A stretch of DNA of 64,000 nt from Candidatus Omnitrophota bacterium (GTDB taxonomy: Bacteria; Omnitrophota; Gorgyraeia; Gygaellales; Profunditerraquicolaceae), in contig JAQURC010000007.1 of the NCBI GenBank assembly GCA_028715785.1, positions 22,884-86,883 of the forward strand, given 5' to 3'. Under the pieces are notes generated by a model that made no database searches, was not told the DNA's origin, and was given only the letters and a program-made list of their open reading frames with translations. Within the stretch, counting starts at the first letter, position 1. Every line of letters starts with the position of its first letter. Shown in pieces: positions 8,374-18,724 of the stretch. The translations under genes and the position numbers were made by a program.

Positions 8374-9491
8374 TAATTTAAACTTAACACTTCCTTAGCT
8401 AATAAACAAGAGGCATCCGGGACAGAAAACTGCGCGTATGCCTGGCGCATGGCTTCTAGCTTCTCCGGATCTGCTAAAAATACATTTAATTTATCGCTTA
8501 ATTTTTCCACAGACAATTCCTCATCTTTGATGATCAGGGCGGCCCCGGCATCCGCCAGTATACGGGCATTGGCCTCTTGATGGCCGTAAGCAAAAGGATA
8601 AGGAATCAATATCGCCGGGATCCTGAATTTCTGCAATTCCGAGATTGTCGCCGCTCCCGAGCGGCAGATTACCAGGTCCGCTACGCTATAAGCATATTGC
8701 ATGGCCGGAAAAAATTCAAACAACCCGCAGCTTAAATCCAAAGAGCCATATTTTGATTTAAGCCGGGGATAATCCCGGGTTCCCGAAATATGTATCAGTT
8801 GCAGGCCGTCTTTTTTTGGATAAGCAGTTATTGCCTCAAAACAAACAGAATTTAACTTGACCGACCCCTGGCTTCCTCCGGTAATTAATATATTGAATTT
8901 TCCTTCCTTAAACTTAAAAAAATCCAACGCCTGCTTTCTATCTATCAGGATCAAATCCTTGCGCAGAGGATTACCCGTTACGGCAATTTTTTTAGCGGAT
9001 ATATTTAGATATTTATTTGTCTGGCTAAAGGACACCGCTACCCTGTCAGCCAACTTAGCCAATAACCGGTTTGCCCTGCCGGGAATAACATTCTGTTCAT
9101 GAATTATGGTTTTTATCCTGAATAACCAGGCCCAGAAGATCAGGGCTACAGTATTAAGGCTGCCGAATCCAACCACCACATCCGGCCGGAATTTTAAAAT
9201 AATCAGCATCCCTTCCCAGGCGCCCAATAAAAATGAACACGCGCCGGCGATATTCCTGCCGCTTAAATTAAAACTTAAAGCAGCCGCGTGGATGTATTTA
9301 ATTTGCGCAAATCCAACGGGGATATTATTATCCTTGCTTCTCTTTGGTAAGACTAAGAGCAAATCAGCGCATGAATCCTTTAATGCATCTACCAAAGCCA
9401 GCGCGGGAAAAATGTGCCCGCCGCTTGAGCCGCTGACAACCAAAACACGCATTAGTGAATCTCCGTTAAGGATACTCTCCGGTACGGGCAA
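8373..9491 (-). CDS. murG: UDP-N-acetylglucosamine--N-acetylmuramyl-(pentapeptide) pyrophosphoryl-undecaprenol N-acetylglucosamine transferase
   Basis: 372 aa with a GT28 fold (VVSGSSGGHIFPALAL...GGSQG). Confidence 0.9.
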   Translation of the reverse strand: MPVPESILNGDSLMRVLVVSGSSGGHIFPALALVDALKDSCADLLLVLPKRSKDNNIPVGFAQIKYIHAAALSFNLSGRNIAGACSFLLGAWEGMLIILKFRPDVVVGFGSLNTVALIFWAWLFRIKTIIHEQNVIPGRANRLLAKLADRVAVSFSQTNKYLNISAKKIAVTGNPLRKDLILIDRKQALDFFKFKEGKFNILITGGSQGSVKLNSVCFEAITAYPKKDGLQLIHISGTRDYPRLKSKYGSLDLSCGLFEFFPAMQYAYSVADLVICRSGAATISELQKFRIPAILIPYPFAYGHQEANARILADAGAALIIKDEELSVEKLSDKLNVFLADPEKLEAMRQAYAQFSVPDASCLLAKEVLSLN

Positions 9492-10560
9492 TGTTGATTA
9501 ATATGCCCAGGCTGACCATATCAAATATCAGCGAAGAACCGCCATAGCTGATAAAGGGCAGCGGTAAACCTTTCGTGGGAAAAACCCCGCAAGAAACACC
9601 GATATTTACAATCGCCTTAAGGGAAATCATCAGGACCAGCCCCAGGGCAAGAAAATATCCGAATTTATCCTGGGCATTCTTGATAATTTTAAGCCCCTGC
9701 TGGATAAAGATCATAAAGAGCGCGACTATTCCCAGTGTACCGGCCAAGCCCAGCTCTTCTCCGATAATCGAAAAAATAAAATCCGTGTGGGCGGCCGGAA
9801 GATAAAAAAGCTTCTGTTGTGAATGCCCAAGCCCCCTGCCGAATAATCCGCCGGAGCCGATGGCAATCTGTGATTGGATAATCTGAAAGCCCGTGCCCTT
9901 AGGGTCGAGCCAGGGGTTTAAAAACGCCAGGATCCTGCTGCGCCGGTAAGGGACTTTAAAAACCAAAAGATAAAGCGCCGGCAAACTGCAAAGCAATAAA
10001 CTCAAAATATAACTTCCTCTTGAGCCGGCGACAAAAAGCATGATCAGGATTACGCTGCCCAAAGCAATGACCGTACCCAGATCCGGCTGTAAAAGTATGA
10101 GCAAAGCGATTGCCCCCAATACGCATACCGGAGGTATAAATCCTTTAAGCAGCAGCTTGATCTTGTCTCCTTTGCGGCAAATAAAATCTGAAATATAAAT
10201 AATCAGCGCCAGGTTGGCAAACTCCGCCGGCTGGAAGCTGATAAATTTAAATCTAAACCAACGCCTGGCTCCGGAGACCTCCCTGCCGATGCCGGGAATA
10301 AGCACTAAAACAAGCAGGGCAAAAGCGATCCAAAGCAACAGGCGGGCGTGTTTTCTGAACAGGTGATAATCAACAAGCATGACTAAGAAAGTCAATAATA
10401 GCCCTGCCAGTAAAAAAAATAAATGCCGTTTTAAAAAATAAAAACTATCTCCGTACTTCTCCCAGGCATAAATACTTGAAGAGCTATAAATCATCACTAT
10501 GCCGATACAGATAAGCAGGACTGATATAGTAAACAGATTAATCCGTGTTTTTCTAACCAT
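9466..10560 (-). CDS. ftsW: peptidoglycan glycosyltransferase FtsW (SEDS family)
   Basis: 364 aa, polytopic, with SEDS signature regions. Sits in the dcw position between murD and murG. Confidence 0.88.
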   Translation of the reverse strand: MVRKTRINLFTISVLLICIGIVMIYSSSSIYAWEKYGDSFYFLKRHLFFLLAGLLLTFLVMLVDYHLFRKHARLLLWIAFALLVLVLIPGIGREVSGARRWFRFKFISFQPAEFANLALIIYISDFICRKGDKIKLLLKGFIPPVCVLGAIALLILLQPDLGTVIALGSVILIMLFVAGSRGSYILSLLLCSLPALYLLVFKVPYRRSRILAFLNPWLDPKGTGFQIIQSQIAIGSGGLFGRGLGHSQQKLFYLPAAHTDFIFSIIGEELGLAGTLGIVALFMIFIQQGLKIIKNAQDKFGYFLALGLVLMISLKAIVNIGVSCGVFPTKGLPLPFISYGGSSLIFDMVSLGILINIARTGEYP

Positions 10561-11830
10561 CTATTGAGGCTGCGCTGCCTAAATTCAGCACAATTTCCTT
10601 AAAGGCCCTGCCCCGGTCTTCGTAATCTTTGAACATATCAAAACTCGAGCACATCGGCGATAATAATACCGAATATCCCGGCTTGGCCAAAACAAATGCC
10701 TTCTCTACCGCCTCCTTTAAACTGGAGGCATTTTGTATCGGAAATTCACCGCCAAGCGCAGCGGCGATCTTCTCTTTTGCCTCTCCGATAAGGACCAGGT
10801 GTTTAACCTTGTCCCGGGCGCACTCGCGGATTACCCGGTAATCAATCCCTTTGTGCCTGCCTCCGGCAATAAGGATTATGGGGGTATTGATATTCTCAAT
10901 TGCCCAGATTGCCGAATCTGCCGTCGTTGCTTTGGAGTCATTGATAAATTTTACCCCGTCAATTTCCCGCACATCCTCCAGGCGGTGCTGGATCCCTTTG
11001 AATTTACCAAAGACATCCAGAATCAACCCTTTATCAATCCCCAATATTCTCCCGACACTAAGGACTGCGCTCTGATTAGGGTTGAGGCCATCCTGCTTGT
11101 TAAAAAAAACGACTTTTGATTTCGCCTGGGCGGCAATCTCTTTAAGCAAAGCGTCATCCGCGTTTAAAATTAAAAAATCATCCTGGCCCTGATTCAGCAT
11201 AATCCGCTTCTTGGCATCCAAATACTCCTGCATGTTATTATAGCGGTCAAGATGATTGGGGGTTAAATTCAAAATCACCGCAATTTTAGGCTTAAAGCCC
11301 CTGATCGTCTCAAGCTGGAAGGAGCTTACCTCAAGGACAACAAAATCGCCCTCCTGCATTGCCTCCACTTCACCGCAGAATGGATTGCCGATATTTCCGC
11401 ATACAAAAACTCTCTTTCCTGCCGCAGCCAAAACTTTTCCGATCAAGGTAGTCACCGTGGTTTTCCCGTTTGAACCGGTTACCGCGATAATCTGGGCAGG
11501 ACATAAGATACTTGCCACCTCAATTTCACTGACGACCGGTATATTAAATTCGCCTGCCCACTTGATCGGCAGGGCATCCGCAGGCACCCCGGGAGAGATA
11601 ACCACTAAATCCGCCTGCTTGATAAAATCCCGGCTGTGCCTGCCCAATTCAACTGAAATATCGCCTGAACAAAGTTTGGCGCAAGCCTCTTTGGTCTGCG
11701 CATTATCTTTGTTATCCGTAATGCTCACGGAAGCCCCCAGCCCATGCAACAGGTTAACGCAGGCTATCCCGGAGCGGGCAAGGCCGACAATGGTTATCTT
11801 TTTGTTTTTAAAGTAACTGCTATTACGCAT
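10553..11830 (-). CDS. murD: UDP-N-acetylmuramoylalanine--D-glutamate ligase
   Basis: 425 aa with a Mur ligase fold (ITIVGLARSGIA...VTGSNGKTTVTT). Confidence 0.9.
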   Translation of the reverse strand: MRNSSYFKNKKITIVGLARSGIACVNLLHGLGASVSITDNKDNAQTKEACAKLCSGDISVELGRHSRDFIKQADLVVISPGVPADALPIKWAGEFNIPVVSEIEVASILCPAQIIAVTGSNGKTTVTTLIGKVLAAAGKRVFVCGNIGNPFCGEVEAMQEGDFVVLEVSSFQLETIRGFKPKIAVILNLTPNHLDRYNNMQEYLDAKKRIMLNQGQDDFLILNADDALLKEIAAQAKSKVVFFNKQDGLNPNQSAVLSVGRILGIDKGLILDVFGKFKGIQHRLEDVREIDGVKFINDSKATTADSAIWAIENINTPIILIAGGRHKGIDYRVIRECARDKVKHLVLIGEAKEKIAAALGGEFPIQNASSLKEAVEKAFVLAKPGYSVLLSPMCSSFDMFKDYEDRGRAFKEIVLNLGSAASIDG

Positions 11831-11833
11831 AGG

Positions 11834-12922
11834 TTATCTGATTTTTAACGTAACTAAGGTAAAGAGGGCAAGTAAACCGGCAACGATCCAGAACCTGACA
11901 ATTACTTTGTTCTCAGGCACATCCAAAAACTGAAAATGATGGTGCAGCGGGGCGATTCTAAAAATACGCTTTTTGGTCAGCTTGTAAGTTCCCACTTGCA
12001 ATATAACCGAGAGCGCCTCCAGGACAAATATGCCTCCGACAATGATCAGCAGCATCTCTTTTTTGATCAATAACGCCACTGTCCCGATAGCCCCGCCTAA
12101 GGCCAGCGATCCGACATCTCCCATGAAGATCGAGGCAGGATAACAGTTAAACCAGAGAAAACCCAAACCCGCTCCCACGATACTGGCGCAAAAAATAGTC
12201 AGTTCTCCGGCGCCTTTGATATAAGGGATCAGGAGGTAATTGCTTAAATTAAGGTTGCCGGAAACATAGCTTAACACGCTAAAGGCAATGCCCACCATCA
12301 CCATGATGCCGATAGCCAGCCCGTCTAGTCCGTCGGTGAGATTCACGGCATTGGATGAACCGGTAATTACCAGGATCACAAATAAAATATACAAACCGTC
12401 CAAATCAAAACCGCCGCCTTTGAGAAAAGGAATCTCAAGCCTGGCATTATACTGAGTATCCATAATGATAATTATACCCAAGATCAAACCCAGGATAACC
12501 TGGCTGGCAAGTTTTACGCTGGGAGAAATGCCCCTGGCCTTGTTTTTTATCTGCTTAAAATAATCATCCATAAATCCGGTCAAGCCCAGCCAAACAGTGC
12601 TGAATAAAACAACCCAAATACAGCGATGGGTAATATCCGACCAGAGCAGGGTTGAAACTACCACTGCCCCAAGTATAAGAATCCCTCCCATCGTCGGAGT
12701 GCCCTGCTTATTGTGATGCAGCTCATCCAGCTTCAAGCTATCCGCTTTATTTATCTTCTCTCCGACTTTAAGCGCCTTTAATTTTTTGATTAACGGCGGG
12801 CCGAAAATCAGGCTCAGGATAAAAGCAGTCAAGGCAGCCATGACCGCGCGAAAGGTAATGTAGCGGAATATATTGAAAGCAAAAATTAAATCCCTAAGAG
12901 GATAAAATAAATGGTAAAGCAT
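11834..12922 (-). CDS. mraY: phospho-N-acetylmuramoyl-pentapeptide transferase
   Basis: 362 aa polytopic membrane protein with MraY motifs (NAVNLTDGLDGLA, VGSL). Confidence 0.9.
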   Translation of the reverse strand: MLYHLFYPLRDLIFAFNIFRYITFRAVMAALTAFILSLIFGPPLIKKLKALKVGEKINKADSLKLDELHHNKQGTPTMGGILILGAVVVSTLLWSDITHRCIWVVLFSTVWLGLTGFMDDYFKQIKNKARGISPSVKLASQVILGLILGIIIIMDTQYNARLEIPFLKGGGFDLDGLYILFVILVITGSSNAVNLTDGLDGLAIGIMVMVGIAFSVLSYVSGNLNLSNYLLIPYIKGAGELTIFCASIVGAGLGFLWFNCYPASIFMGDVGSLALGGAIGTVALLIKKEMLLIIVGGIFVLEALSVILQVGTYKLTKKRIFRIAPLHHHFQFLDVPENKVIVRFWIVAGLLALFTLVTLKIR

Positions 12923-14283
12923 TAAACTTTAAAAACCTCCTCCATTTTCATCGACCGGGACCCCTTTACCAGGATTATATCGGAAACGCCCGGAGATATT
13001 TTATCGAACAGTAAATCCCTGGCCTGCGGGGCGCTGGCGCAACAAAATATATCTTTACGCTTAAAGCCTCCCTCTGCGGCTGCCTGGGCCGTGATCCGGG
13101 CCAAGCTGCCCACTGCTACTAACACATCACAGGTATTAGTTATACTCCTGGCGATTTGCCTATGCAATAATTCTTTTTGCCTGCCTAACTCCAGCATATC
13201 CCCCATAATTAAAATTTTTTTACCTTTGCACTTGGCGGCAGTTAGAGCCGTAAGCGCCGCTTCCAAGGAAAGGGGATTGGAATTGTAGGTATCGTCGATA
13301 AAAGTAAGCCCCTTAAATTCAATAAGATTAAGCCTGCCCTTGGGAAATTTGAAAGCAGCCAGCCTTGCGGCAATTTCAGGATAACTCAAGCCCAATATCC
13401 TGCTCACCGAAATTGCGGCTAAGGCGTTATAGATATTATAATAGCCCAAGGTGGATAATGCAAAAACAAATTTGGAGTTGACTTCAAATTCTAATTTAGC
13501 GTTACGGAATTTGATCGCGGATGCGCAAAAATCGCTCTTCTCGTTAATCCCGTAAGTAAAAACATGCGCCCCCTTATCCTTGCGTGTAATTATACGTTTG
13601 AGCAATTTGTCGTCGGCGCAAACAACCGCAATTCCGGGCTTGGCTAAATTATCCAGCAGGGTTGATTTCTCTTTCAAAACCCCGTTTAAATTTCTTAAAA
13701 ACTCAAGGTGGCTTAAGCCGATATTGGTAATTACCCCGATATTAGGACAGGCAATCCTTGCCAGGTAATCGACCTCCCCGAAATGATTAGTGCCTATCTC
13801 AACTGCCGCAAAATCATCTTTTTCCGAAAGCCGGATTAATGTCTGGGGCAGGCCGATCTGATTATTCTTGGTCCCTTCATTTTTCAATACCCGGGCATTG
13901 CCTGATAAAATCCAGGCGATCATCTCTTTAGTTGTGGTCTTGCCGTTTGAACCGGTAACGGCAATAACCGGCAGCTTAAATTTTTGCCTCTGGAACCTTG
14001 CTATGTCCCCTAAAGCCAAAGTCGTGTCTTTTACCTTAACCACCGCTATCCCTTCAGGGATCGGGCATTCAGGCATTCTTTCGACAATTAAACCGCCGGC
14101 TCCTGACTTTAAAGCCCCGGCAATAAAATCATGGCCGTCAAAATTATTTCCCTTTAAAGCCAAAAACGCCTCCTGCGGCTTTATTCCCCTTGAATCGGTA
14201 GAGACAGTCTTCAGCCTATCCGCCGGCTTTCCCTGGATAAGCTTACCGCCTGCGGCTTTGATTATTTCATTGACTTTAAACAC
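12922..14283 (-). CDS. murF: UDP-N-acetylmuramoyl-tripeptide--D-alanyl-D-alanine ligase
   Basis: 453 aa with a Mur ligase fold (VIAVTGSNGKTTTKEM). Confidence 0.9.
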   Translation of the reverse strand: MFKVNEIIKAAGGKLIQGKPADRLKTVSTDSRGIKPQEAFLALKGNNFDGHDFIAGALKSGAGGLIVERMPECPIPEGIAVVKVKDTTLALGDIARFQRQKFKLPVIAVTGSNGKTTTKEMIAWILSGNARVLKNEGTKNNQIGLPQTLIRLSEKDDFAAVEIGTNHFGEVDYLARIACPNIGVITNIGLSHLEFLRNLNGVLKEKSTLLDNLAKPGIAVVCADDKLLKRIITRKDKGAHVFTYGINEKSDFCASAIKFRNAKLEFEVNSKFVFALSTLGYYNIYNALAAISVSRILGLSYPEIAARLAAFKFPKGRLNLIEFKGLTFIDDTYNSNPLSLEAALTALTAAKCKGKKILIMGDMLELGRQKELLHRQIARSITNTCDVLVAVGSLARITAQAAAEGGFKRKDIFCCASAPQARDLLFDKISPGVSDIILVKGSRSMKMEEVFKV

Positions 14284-15677
14284 TTCAGGACCACCTCTTT
14301 ATCGTTAAAATGCACGGCCCCATCTTTTAAGACCTGATAATTTTCATGGCCTTTACCGGCAAGCAGCAAACAATCGTCTTTTTTGGCCATAGATAACCCC
14401 GCGCGGATGGCTTCAAAACGCCCGGGCTTGCGGCAGTAATTATTTTTATCAATACCCGCGCAGACATCTTCGATTATCCGCAGCGGATCCTCGGAGCGGG
14501 GGTTATCGCTGGTAATAATCGCGTAGTCTGCCAGCTCCGTAACCACCCTGCCCATTTTCGGCCGCTTTAGCTTATCGCGCTCTCCTCCGCAGCCAAAGAC
14601 TACGATCATCCTGCCCTTGACCAACGGCCTTAAGGCGCTGATGACATTAAATAGCGCATCCGGAGTATGCGCGTAATCCACAAAAATACTGTATCCTCTT
14701 TTACAGACAACCTTCTCCAGCCTGCCGCAGACATTCTTGAATTTTTCTATGGCGGACTTGATATCTTTTATGCTTAGTTTCTCGCTTATGCCCCAGGCAA
14801 TAGCCGCCAGCATATTATAAATATTATGCCGGCCCACAAGGTGCGTTTTGATCCGCAGATTTATTTTTGGCGCAACCAAAGTAAATTCAGCCCCATGCAT
14901 GTCAAAATCAATATCTTTAGCCATAACCGCCGAAGGCCTTTTTATGCCATAAGTCAGGATCTTAGCGCCAGTCAACCGCTTGATCCGGCGGCCATAGCTG
15001 TCATCGTTATTGATTATTGCCACTCCGGATGAAGGCAAAGAACGAAAAAGCCTGGCTTTTGCCTGGAAATAATTTTCTAAATTCTTATGATAATCCAGAT
15101 GGTCCTGGGTAAGGTTGGTAAAAATAGCGCGGTTAAAGTTGATCCCCGCTACCCTGTCCTGGTCCAAAGCGTGGGATGAAACCTCCATGGCGCAATATTT
15201 AACGCCTCCGGCATACATCCGGGCAAGCAAACTTTGCAATTCTACGCAGCCCGGCGTGGTATTTTTAGATTCGATCACTTTACCTTTAAAATGATAATCG
15301 ATCGTGCCGATTACTCCGCAGGCGTGTCCGGATTCTTTAGCCAAAGCTTCAATCAAATATGAAATAGTCGTTTTACCATTGGTACCGGTGGTACCGACGA
15401 CCTTAAGTTTAGCCGAAGGAAACCCGTAAAATTTGTTTGCCGCTTTGGCTAAAAATTTACGGCAATCATTTACCGTAATTAATTTGACCTTTCCGGGAAT
15501 TTTTATCTGCGGCCTTTTTTTCTGAACAACCACGGCGCTGGCGCCCCGGGCAATTGCCTCATTGATAAAACAGCTTCCATCCTGGCGGTTCCCCTTGATG
15601 GCTACAAAAACAAAACCTTTCTTTACCTGCTTGGAGTCGGAAGTAATGCCTTTAATTTTAATACCTGCGATTTTCAT
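14262..15677 (-). CDS. murE: UDP-N-acetylmuramoyl-L-alanyl-D-glutamate--2,6-diaminopimelate ligase
   Basis: 471 aa with a Mur ligase fold (VGTTGTNGKTTISY). Confidence 0.9.
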   Translation of the reverse strand: MKIAGIKIKGITSDSKQVKKGFVFVAIKGNRQDGSCFINEAIARGASAVVVQKKRPQIKIPGKVKLITVNDCRKFLAKAANKFYGFPSAKLKVVGTTGTNGKTTISYLIEALAKESGHACGVIGTIDYHFKGKVIESKNTTPGCVELQSLLARMYAGGVKYCAMEVSSHALDQDRVAGINFNRAIFTNLTQDHLDYHKNLENYFQAKARLFRSLPSSGVAIINNDDSYGRRIKRLTGAKILTYGIKRPSAVMAKDIDFDMHGAEFTLVAPKINLRIKTHLVGRHNIYNMLAAIAWGISEKLSIKDIKSAIEKFKNVCGRLEKVVCKRGYSIFVDYAHTPDALFNVISALRPLVKGRMIVVFGCGGERDKLKRPKMGRVVTELADYAIITSDNPRSEDPLRIIEDVCAGIDKNNYCRKPGRFEAIRAGLSMAKKDDCLLLAGKGHENYQVLKDGAVHFNDKEVVLKCLKSMK

Positions 15678-17371
15678 TGTGCCAGGGCCACAGTAGGCAT
15701 TTCATTTCCTTTTAGATAACGTATCGCATCCCCGGCGACCTTTTGGAACACCGGAGCAGCGACTACCCCGCCAAAATAAACCGGATGCGGCTCATCAACC
15801 GTTACGACAATAGCCAGCAATGGATCCTCAGCGGGGGAAAAACCGATAAAAGAAGCGACAAATTTATTATGTGAATAAGCGCCGTTGGCTTCAAGCTTCT
15901 GGGCGGTCCCGGTTTTTCCCGCGGCGCTGAATCCGGAAACCTTGGCCAGCCTGCCGGTGCCCTCCTCTACTGCTCCGGTAAGGATCTTCTTGATGCGCAT
16001 GGCAGTATCGACTGAAATTACCTTGCGGATCAATGCGGGCTTATTCTGCTTGATCACCTGGCCCTGATTATCGCGCACCGAATCAATAATATAAGGCTTC
16101 ATCAGTTGCCCGCCATTGGCAATTACCGAAATTGCGCTGGCCAATTGTAAAGCAGTCACCCCAACCTCCTGTCCGATAGGTATGGCGGTAATCGATGTCT
16201 TTGACCACTGGCGCACCGGCTTGATCATTCCGGAAATTTCTCCCGACAGGTCAATCCCCAATTTTGACCCAAAACCAAAAGCCTTTAAATACCGGTAAAT
16301 CGTGTCGGGGCCCAAAATTTGGGCGACTTTTACGGTGCCGATATTGCTTGACTCTTCAATTACCTGCTTAAAAGTAAGCAAGCCATGCGACTGATGATCA
16401 TGCAAGATGCGTCCGGCTACCCGATAAGATCCATTCTCGCAGAAGAAAGCGTCCTCTTCTTTAACCTTTTTCTCTTCGAGGGCAGCCGAGGCAGTGACAA
16501 TTTTAAAAACCGATCCGGGCTCAAACAAATCGCAAATAGCCCGGTTGCGTATCGCATCCTTGCCGACTCCGGAATAGTGATTTAGATCATAATTGGGGCG
16601 GCTGGCCATAGCCAAAATCCTGCCCGTATGAGGGTCCATCACGATGATGCTGGCGCCTTTTGCGTGAAAACTCTTAAAGGCCTTATCCAGCTCTCTTTCG
16701 GCGATATATTGAATAACCTCATCGATAGTCAGAACCAGGTCCAAACCATCGACGGGCAAAACCATCTTTTCCCAAATGTCTAATTTTTTTAAGCGCGCAT
16801 CGCGTAAAAAAACCGCCCAGCCGGGTATCCCCGCCAGATACCGGTTAAAATCCCTTTCTACCCCCTCCAAACCCAGATTATCCATTCCGCTAAAACCAAT
16901 TACGTGGCTGGCCAGATAGCTGTTAGGATAAATACGCTTGGTCTCCTTCATAAACCCCAGGCCCTTAATATTTAATTTCTTGATTGCCTCGGATTTCTCC
17001 GGAGCCAGTTTACGCGCTATCCAGATAAATGACTTTTTGCGGCTTAATCTTTCCTGCAGATAAGCGCGCTCCACTCCCAATATAGGCAACAGCTGCCTGA
17101 TCACAATTTCTTTATTCTTAATCGCATTGGGTACCGCATACAAGGAATCCAGGGACATGTTAAATGCCTGCATCTTAAGATTACAGTCATAGATTGCCCC
17201 GCGCCGCGGCTCAAGCTCCACAAGTTGGTTATGCTGCTTATTCGCTATTGAAGTAAGGTAATTTGAACGGAAAAACTGGATGAAAAAAAGGCGGCTTACG
17301 CAGATCAGGAGAAAAATAAAAAAGACTAAAAATACCGCCTCGTTCCTTCGGCGATAATTGCTGATATACAT
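15674..17371 (-). CDS. ftsI: peptidoglycan D,D-transpeptidase FtsI (class B PBP)
   Basis: 565 aa with an N-terminal TM anchor, a PBP dimerisation domain, and a transpeptidase with SVFK, SSN and KTGT motifs. Confidence 0.9.
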   Translation of the reverse strand: MYISNYRRRNEAVFLVFFIFLLICVSRLFFIQFFRSNYLTSIANKQHNQLVELEPRRGAIYDCNLKMQAFNMSLDSLYAVPNAIKNKEIVIRQLLPILGVERAYLQERLSRKKSFIWIARKLAPEKSEAIKKLNIKGLGFMKETKRIYPNSYLASHVIGFSGMDNLGLEGVERDFNRYLAGIPGWAVFLRDARLKKLDIWEKMVLPVDGLDLVLTIDEVIQYIAERELDKAFKSFHAKGASIIVMDPHTGRILAMASRPNYDLNHYSGVGKDAIRNRAICDLFEPGSVFKIVTASAALEEKKVKEEDAFFCENGSYRVAGRILHDHQSHGLLTFKQVIEESSNIGTVKVAQILGPDTIYRYLKAFGFGSKLGIDLSGEISGMIKPVRQWSKTSITAIPIGQEVGVTALQLASAISVIANGGQLMKPYIIDSVRDNQGQVIKQNKPALIRKVISVDTAMRIKKILTGAVEEGTGRLAKVSGFSAAGKTGTAQKLEANGAYSHNKFVASFIGFSPAEDPLLAIVVTVDEPHPVYFGGVVAAPVFQKVAGDAIRYLKGNEMPTVALAQ

Positions 17372-17380
17372 AGAAATCTA

Positions 17381-17435
17381 GGGGACGGTTCTGTTTTTCC
17401 GTCATCTGGCTAGGTTGAAAAATAGAACCGTCCCC
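17381..17435 (-). promoter_or_regulatory. Extended stem-loop filling the ftsL-ftsI intergenic gap
   Basis: GGGGACGGUUCU pairs with AGAACCGUCCCC (12 bp) and continues into UUUUUC/GAAAAA. This gives about an 18-bp stem with a 17-nt loop, ending 10 nt upstream of the ftsI ATG. On the minus strand it is not followed by a clean U-tract, so it is more likely an attenuator, processing site or RBS-occluding structure than a terminator. Confidence 0.5.
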
Positions 17436-17446
17436 TTTGCTTTTTA

Positions 17447-17815
17447 TTAAGGGTTAATTGTTTTTGCTTGAGCTTCCCGCTTTAAGCTAAAAATCCGCGC
17501 CAGCAGGCCTTCCCTGTTCTGGCTCTGGTCCGCAAGCCTTAAGCCTTCTTTGGAAGGGACAAACTTAACAAAACGGTAATTATCCGGCATCTGGAAATCC
17601 TGGGTCTGGCTTATACGGTTACCGATATTTACCAAAGAAGAGCTTTTATTAATATTATATCTTAAGGCGGTGTTTTTATCCAGCAATTCCGTAAAGACAG
17701 CCTGCTTCTTCTGGCCCAAATAAGCCAGGCGGAAAATCTCGCTTTGCTGGTAAACATAAAGCACTGAAAAGGAAGTAATAAATACTACCGTAGATAAAAA
17801 CTTGGTCAGCTTCAT
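17447..17815 (-). CDS. ftsL: FtsL-like cell division protein (small bitopic)
   Basis: 122 aa with a single N-terminal TM helix followed by a coiled-coil-like region. Sits between rsmH and ftsI as in canonical dcw clusters. Confidence 0.65.
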   Translation of the reverse strand: MKLTKFLSTVVFITSFSVLYVYQQSEIFRLAYLGQKKQAVFTELLDKNTALRYNINKSSSLVNIGNRISQTQDFQMPDNYRFVKFVPSKEGLRLADQSQNREGLLARIFSLKREAQAKTINP

Positions 17816-17821
17816 ATTGTC

Positions 17822-18724
17822 CTATATCCTTTGGGCTACCCTGAACTTAGAGCTGCGGCTGGAGGGATTTTTTTCTATCTCGCTAGCCATAGGAGTCAGG
17901 GGTTTGGTTGTAATAATATCGATTGTTCCGTCGGCTTTAAGCGCGCGGAATGTATGTTTAATTACGCGATCTTCTAAAGAATGAAAAGAAATTACGCATA
18001 TTCTAGCCTGCTTTTTTAAAATTGCAACGGCTTTTTTAATCGCGCTTTCTAAAATTTCCAGCTCCCGGTTCACCGCGATTCTCACTGCCTGAAAAGTGCG
18101 GGTAGCCGGATGGATGCGGTAATAACTCCTGCGGTACCTGTGCGGAATAGCCCGCACCACCAGATCCGCTAATTGCCTGGTGGTAGCAATCGGAGCCGCC
18201 TTGCGCTCTTCAACCAACAGATGGGCAATACGGTTATGCCAACGTTCCTGGCCGAAACTCCAGAGCAGATGCGAGATTTCATTTTCATTGAGGTTATTCA
18301 CTAAATCATACGCGGATATATAACTGCTTTTATCTAAACGCATATCTAGCGGCCCCTCCTCCTGGAAACTAAACCCTCTCTGGGGATCTTTTAATTGATA
18401 AGTAGAAATCCCCAGATCAAAAACAATTCCGTCAATACTATCTATGCCCAGCCCCGCTAAAACCTGGTCTAAATCCGAAAAATTAGCGTGCACAAATTCG
18501 CAGGCGCCTTTAAATTCACTTAACCTTTGCCGGCAAATTTTCAACGAGTCCTCGTCCCGGTCTATCCCGATCAATCTGCCCCCGGGAGTGATCCTTTTTA
18601 ATATCTCCAAACTATGCCCGCCGGTTCCCATCGTGGCATCAACAATCGTTTGCCCGGGCGCAAGTTTCAGATAATCTATAACTTCAGCCAGCATTACCGG
18701 CGTATGCAAAGGCGCTTCTAACAT
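17822..18724 (-). CDS. rsmH: 16S rRNA (cytosine1402-N4)-methyltransferase
   Basis: 300 aa with a SAM-binding DATMGTGGHS motif, in the MraW position. Confidence 0.9.
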   Translation of the reverse strand: MLEAPLHTPVMLAEVIDYLKLAPGQTIVDATMGTGGHSLEILKRITPGGRLIGIDRDEDSLKICRQRLSEFKGACEFVHANFSDLDQVLAGLGIDSIDGIVFDLGISTYQLKDPQRGFSFQEEGPLDMRLDKSSYISAYDLVNNLNENEISHLLWSFGQERWHNRIAHLLVEERKAAPIATTRQLADLVVRAIPHRYRRSYYRIHPATRTFQAVRIAVNRELEILESAIKKAVAILKKQARICVISFHSLEDRVIKHTFRALKADGTIDIITTKPLTPMASEIEKNPSSRSSKFRVAQRI

